A stretch of 64,000 nucleotides of DNA from Laetmonice hystrix (taxonomy: Eukaryota). Each line of letters begins with the position of its first letter. Position 1 is the first letter of the stretch. Under the pieces are notes generated by a model. That model saw only the letters and a list, made by a program, of their open reading frames with translations, had not been told where the DNA came from and ran no database searches. The stretch is taken from the NCBI GenBank assembly GCA_965235115.1, contig OZ249436.1, forward strand, positions 16,742,001-16,806,000. The letters are read 5' to 3'. This document shows positions 62,001 through 64,000 of the stretch, piece by piece. A program made the translations under genes and the position numbers.

Positions 62001-62068
62001 CTTCCTCTCCCAGCCAGAAGGTGGTGCCACTGTTCCACAGGCTGAGGTCGGCGTCCGACGCCATCACC
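17039..62068 (-). CDS. Giant non-classical cadherin (cadherin-23 / Cad87A-88C-like); 5' end outside window
   Basis: Phase-consistent GT..AG exon chain on the minus strand: 62068-61782, 55020-54896, 53884-53757, 53005-52827, 52428-52169, 50125-49945, 49634-49492, 49119-47797, 47589-47482, 46250-46110, 44018-43878, 43203-43084, 42880-42790, 42559-42420, 41898-41808, 41246-41107, 40976-40845, 40637-40472, 40317-40199, 40079-39864, 39683-39579, 39454-39335, 38432-38256, 37977-37719, 37359-37072, 36423-35851, 35637-35534, 35239-34942, 34780-34686, 34022-33773, 33499-33230, 33110-32971, 31359-31188, 31000-30848, 30738-30605, 30077-29880, 29317-29229, 28371-28282, 28003-27935, 27344-27153 (TM: IALIVISVLVFFGTIVGIVVVYV), 26224-26090 (NPLY), 25076-24957, 22443-22324, 19647-19364, 17076-17039 (..EIGETEL*). 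Recurrent DxNDN, AxDxD and LDRE motifs; about 23 EC linkers counted; no EGF/LamG or catenin-binding domain seen. Cytoplasmic exons are less certain than EC exons. Confidence 0.93.
18950..19135. repeat. About 42-bp minisatellite
   Basis: ggcttggagttagtgatgggtgacccac.. about 5 copies. Confidence 0.85.
20404..21853. repeat. 21-bp minisatellite
   Basis: (actgagctatcatagactgtc)n with variants. Confidence 0.97.
22441..23050. repeat. 44-bp minisatellite containing duplicated splice acceptor
   Basis: Minus-strand unit ends gtgtgtctgtgttacag|tg, like the acceptor at 22444. Confidence 0.93.
23842..24810. repeat. About 1 kb segmental duplicate (partner 11778-12812) carrying ncRNA copy C
   Basis: Direct alignment by eye to 11778-12812. 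Confidence 0.9.
23901..24217 (-). ncRNA. Unidentified structured ncRNA gene, copy C (about 317 nt, intronic in the cadherin, possibly decaying)
   Basis: Close paralogue of copy B. TATA 24251-24243; GGGAACUG/CAGUUCCC closing stem; T5 terminator. The PSE-like box is truncated and the octamer is mutated. Confidence 0.6.
25076..25338. repeat. 44-bp minisatellite containing duplicated splice acceptor
   Basis: Minus-strand unit ..ctgcagtgacagcccag|c. Confidence 0.93.
26240..27020. repeat. 56-57 bp minisatellite abutting an acceptor
   Basis: acagagattacagcctcagaactacaccagtggaggacgggttcaggggagtataga. Confidence 0.95.
27380..27920. repeat. 40-bp minisatellite filling an intron
   Basis: ggacgtaacactatataacatggtaacatgtggctattct. 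Confidence 0.95.
28362..29222. repeat. 44-bp minisatellite of acceptor plus exon start, filling the whole intron
   Basis: Minus-strand unit ..tgtgtatttgtgtcccacag|AGCTCTGAGT, about 20 copies. Confidence 0.95.
29503..29810. mobile_element. Non-autonomous hAT-like MITE, 6-bp TSD
   Basis: TIR CAGTGTTGCCAACC/GGTTGGCAACACTG; TSD GCTGAC. Confidence 0.85.
30071..30308. repeat. 58-bp repeat of an acceptor region
   Basis: Four units, the first overlapping the exon start at 30077. Confidence 0.9.
31378..32890. repeat. About 41-45 bp minisatellite with variable (CA)n
   Basis: tgaccaatgggaggatcttcaggcattcactgcacacacac. Confidence 0.95.
34100..34706. repeat. 41-bp minisatellite of exon end plus donor
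   Basis: Minus-strand unit ACTACAGACTGGCTATAGAG|gtaagg. Confidence 0.93.
36618..37083. repeat. 37-bp minisatellite of exon end plus donor
   Basis: Minus-strand unit TCACCAAGAACG|gtacgatt. Confidence 0.93.
41535..42300. repeat. Two minisatellites (about 33-36 bp and about 40 bp) flanking exon 41898-41808
   Basis: gtttatagtatacccgtatcatactgag at 41535-41800; accgaccaatcgagaccctcattgg at 41901-42300. Confidence 0.9.
42560..42680. repeat. 20-bp repeat of splice acceptor
   Basis: Minus-strand ..tgttttgttttacag, about 6 copies. Confidence 0.9.
43225..43740. repeat. 33/39-bp minisatellite
   Basis: tagaatcaactggggaaatggacgtccaacagctagacc. Confidence 0.93.
44110..45582. mobile_element. Non-autonomous hAT-like element, 6-bp TSD, inserted in a 49-bp minisatellite
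   Basis: TIR CAGGGATGAAAGT/ACTTTCATCCCTG; TSD AACATT at 44104-44109 and 45583-45588. Confidence 0.85.
45583..45935. repeat. 49-bp minisatellite (continues at 44030-44109 across a transposon)
   Basis: cacagtcttcatccatccaatcaRaacacaccatatcgtcttgttatat. Confidence 0.9.
46275..46675. repeat. 45-bp minisatellite
   Basis: acagcgcctgcaaatacaacgtcacaatgaacattgaacggtgac. Confidence 0.93.
47797..49119 (-). CDS. Largest cadherin ectodomain exon (1323 nt, about 4 EC repeats)
   Basis: ccag|GTATCG ... ACG|gtaagt; 441 codons with DVNDNNP, LDYE, DVNDNPP and ATDRD motifs. Confidence 0.95.
50272..52215. repeat. 51-bp minisatellite (about 38 copies) of exon end plus donor
   Basis: Minus-strand unit gtttgtatgACGTCAGTGGTAGAGGGTCGCTCCAACCAGACCGTGTTACAG. 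Confidence 0.97.
52616..52835. repeat. 20-bp repeat of exon end plus donor
   Basis: Minus-strand GTGATACAG|gtgRgattga, about 11 copies. Confidence 0.93.
53068..53652. repeat. 41-bp minisatellite
   Basis: gaccctgaccctgcgctcacaatgaacccccaaccctcaca. Confidence 0.93.
53905..54594. repeat. 22-bp minisatellite
   Basis: catcataccatgggacctctta. Confidence 0.95.
54595..54931. repeat. 51-bp repeat (7 units) of exon end plus donor
   Basis: Minus-strand AACAGCCACCTCACCTACGACATACTTACATACGGG|gtcagtcaatccgtt. Confidence 0.95.
55045..55455. repeat. About 13-bp GC-rich degenerate repeat
   Basis: ggtgggccctcca variants. Confidence 0.9.
55518..61677. mobile_element. About 6.2 kb CACTA/EnSpm-like non-autonomous element in a cadherin intron
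   Basis: TIR CCCAGTGAAGA/TCTTCACTGGG; dense TGTGAG (left) and CTCACA (right) subterminal motifs; about 360-bp internal tandem unit at 60640-61590; no intact ORF; TSD not clean. Confidence 0.7.
56385..56797. mobile_element. Harbinger-type MITE nested in the large element
   Basis: TIR AGCCGGCCTCAGGTCG/CGACCTGAGGCCGGCT; TSD TTA. Confidence 0.85.
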
Positions 62069-62476
62069 CTGTCAACAACGGTTTCTAACGTCACAATGCA
62101 GATAAATAACGGTACACTGCAGATAAATAACGGTCTGTAACGTCACACTGCAGATAAATAATGGTTTATAACGTCACACTGCAGATAAACAGCAGTGAGG
62201 ACGTAAGCATAAATCTGAAGATCCCAGTCGATTCGACGTGCGACTACTCTAGTCTCACAAAAATGAACGATCTTCCAAGAACATAAAAACATAACGCTTT
62301 GTAAACAAATACGTGGAGTGAAATCGAATTGTAATTGTCAACACGCGTCTCTGCCACTGCACTGTGAACCTTATCTCTTGTGACTTTTTTCTTATCGTAG
62401 AATGGTGGTGTTTGATAAACATGCACCTGCAGCCTGAGATAAGACAAACTGTCAGAAAAGGACAGTTTTTACCCGG

Positions 62477-63708
62477 CCTCAGTCACCGCTGACACGACCT
62501 CAGTCAGTGCCGACACGACCTCAGTCAGTGCTGACACGACCTCAGTCACCGCTGACACGACCTCAGTCAGTGCCGACACGACCTCAGTCAGTGCTGACAC
62601 GACCTCAGTCAGTGCTGACACGACCTCAGTCACCGCTGACACGACCTCAGTCAGTGCTGACACGACCTCAGTCAGTGCTGACACGACCTCAGTCAGTGCT
62701 GACACGACCTCAGTCACCGCTGACACGACCTCAGTCAGTGCCGACACGACCTCAGTCAGTGCTGACACGACCTCAGTCACCGCTGACACGACCTCAGTCA
62801 GTGCCGACACGACCTCAGTCAGTGCTGACACGACCTCAGTCAGTGCTGACACGACCTCAGTCACCGCTGACACGACCTCAGTCAGTGCCGACACGACCTC
62901 AGCCAGTGCTGACACGACCTCAGTCAGTGCCGACACGACCTCAGTCAGTGAGGACACGACCTCAGTCAGTGCCGACACGACCTCAGTCAGTGCCGACACG
63001 ACCTCAGTCAGTGCCGACACGACCTCAGTCAGTGCCGACACGACTTCAGTCAGTGCCGACACGACCTCAGTCAGTGCCGACACGACCTCAGTCAGTGCCG
63101 ACACGACCTCAGTCAGTGCCGACACGACCTCAGTCAGTGCCAACACGACCTCAGTCAGTGCTGACACGACCTCAGTCACCGCTGACACGACCTCAGTCAG
63201 TGCTGACACGACCTCAGTCAGTGCTGACACGACCTCAGTCAGTGCTGACACGACCTCAGTCACCGCTGACACGACCTCAGTCAGTGCCGACACGACCTCA
63301 GTCAGTGCTGACACGACCTCAGTCACCGCTGACACGACCTCAGTCAGTGCCGACACGACCTCAGTCAGTGCTGACACGACCTCAGTCAGTGCTGACACGA
63401 CCTCAGTCACCGCTGACACGACCTCAGTCAGTGCCGACACGACCTCAGCCAGTGCTGACACGACCTCAGTCAGTGCCGACACGACCTCAGTCAGTGAGGA
63501 CACGACCTCAGTCAGTGCCGACACGACCTCAGTCAGTGCCGACACGACCTCAGTCAGTGCCGACACGACCTCAGTCAGTGCCGACACGACTTCAGTCAGT
63601 GCCGACACGACCTCAGTCAGTGCCGACACGACCTCAGTCAGTGCCGACACGACCTCAGTCAGTGCCGACACGACCTCAGTCAGTGCCGACACGACCTCAG
63701 TCAGTGTC
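62477..63708. repeat. 21-bp minisatellite with higher-order duplication
   Basis: (cctcagtcagtgcYgacacga)n; the variant pattern (agcc..gagg..cttc) recurs about 546 bp apart. Confidence 0.97.
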
Positions 63709-64000
63709 GAGTCAGACCTCACGCAATCAGAACAGAAACAGCGACTACAGGATAGGCTTACATAGTTACACTAGCATATTGGACATCAGACTGTGACACT
63801 GTGGAAGGACATCTTAGTATGTATGACTCCATCCAGGTTTAGCATGTCAGTATCTGAAGGCGCTGTTTATAGAGATGCGGGAGTAGTACGAGAGTATGTA
63901 TAGCCACACAGATACGAGTAATACGGCAGTATGTTAGTATGGCCACGAGATACGAGTAGTACGGCCGTATGTTAGTATGATCAGAGATACGAGTAGTACG

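Noticed and set aside
62469..63796. ORFs of 417 and 429 aa, and a possible small exon ending VTEAG|gt at 62472
   Set aside because: 21-bp repeat translation. The phase fits, but joining to 62068 would leave an EC strand about 8 aa short and there is no clear acceptor; the upstream exon is probably outside the window.

Overview
Intron-rich animal genomic DNA (inferred invertebrate). Two protein-coding genes converge. (+) The last four exons of an M13 metallopeptidase (neprilysin/ECE-like) lie at 3241-5089. (-) About 45 exons of a giant non-classical cadherin run from 62068 to 17039, with the 5' end beyond the window. It is CDH23/Cad87A-like: at least 23 EC repeats, a membrane-adjacent domain, TM, NPLY and C-terminal ETEL, plus a probable alternative last exon at 15377-13751 ending STYF. 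Best candidate for something new: three minus-strand copies (7136-7510, 11867-12181, 23901-24217) of a 315-375 nt sequence that looks like an unrecognised structured ncRNA gene. The copies have a TATA box and PSE-like box at near-identical spacing, an octamer-like motif upstream, an oligo-T terminator, a 5'/3' closing stem and compensatory base-pair changes, i.e. a U6/7SK-type (type 3 Pol III) architecture. Second striking pattern: many intronic minisatellites are tandem amplifications of the exon/intron junction itself, giving ladders of duplicated splice donors or acceptors. Many non-autonomous DNA transposons are also present, including three with 6-bp TSDs. All coordinates were read by eye; no searches were run.
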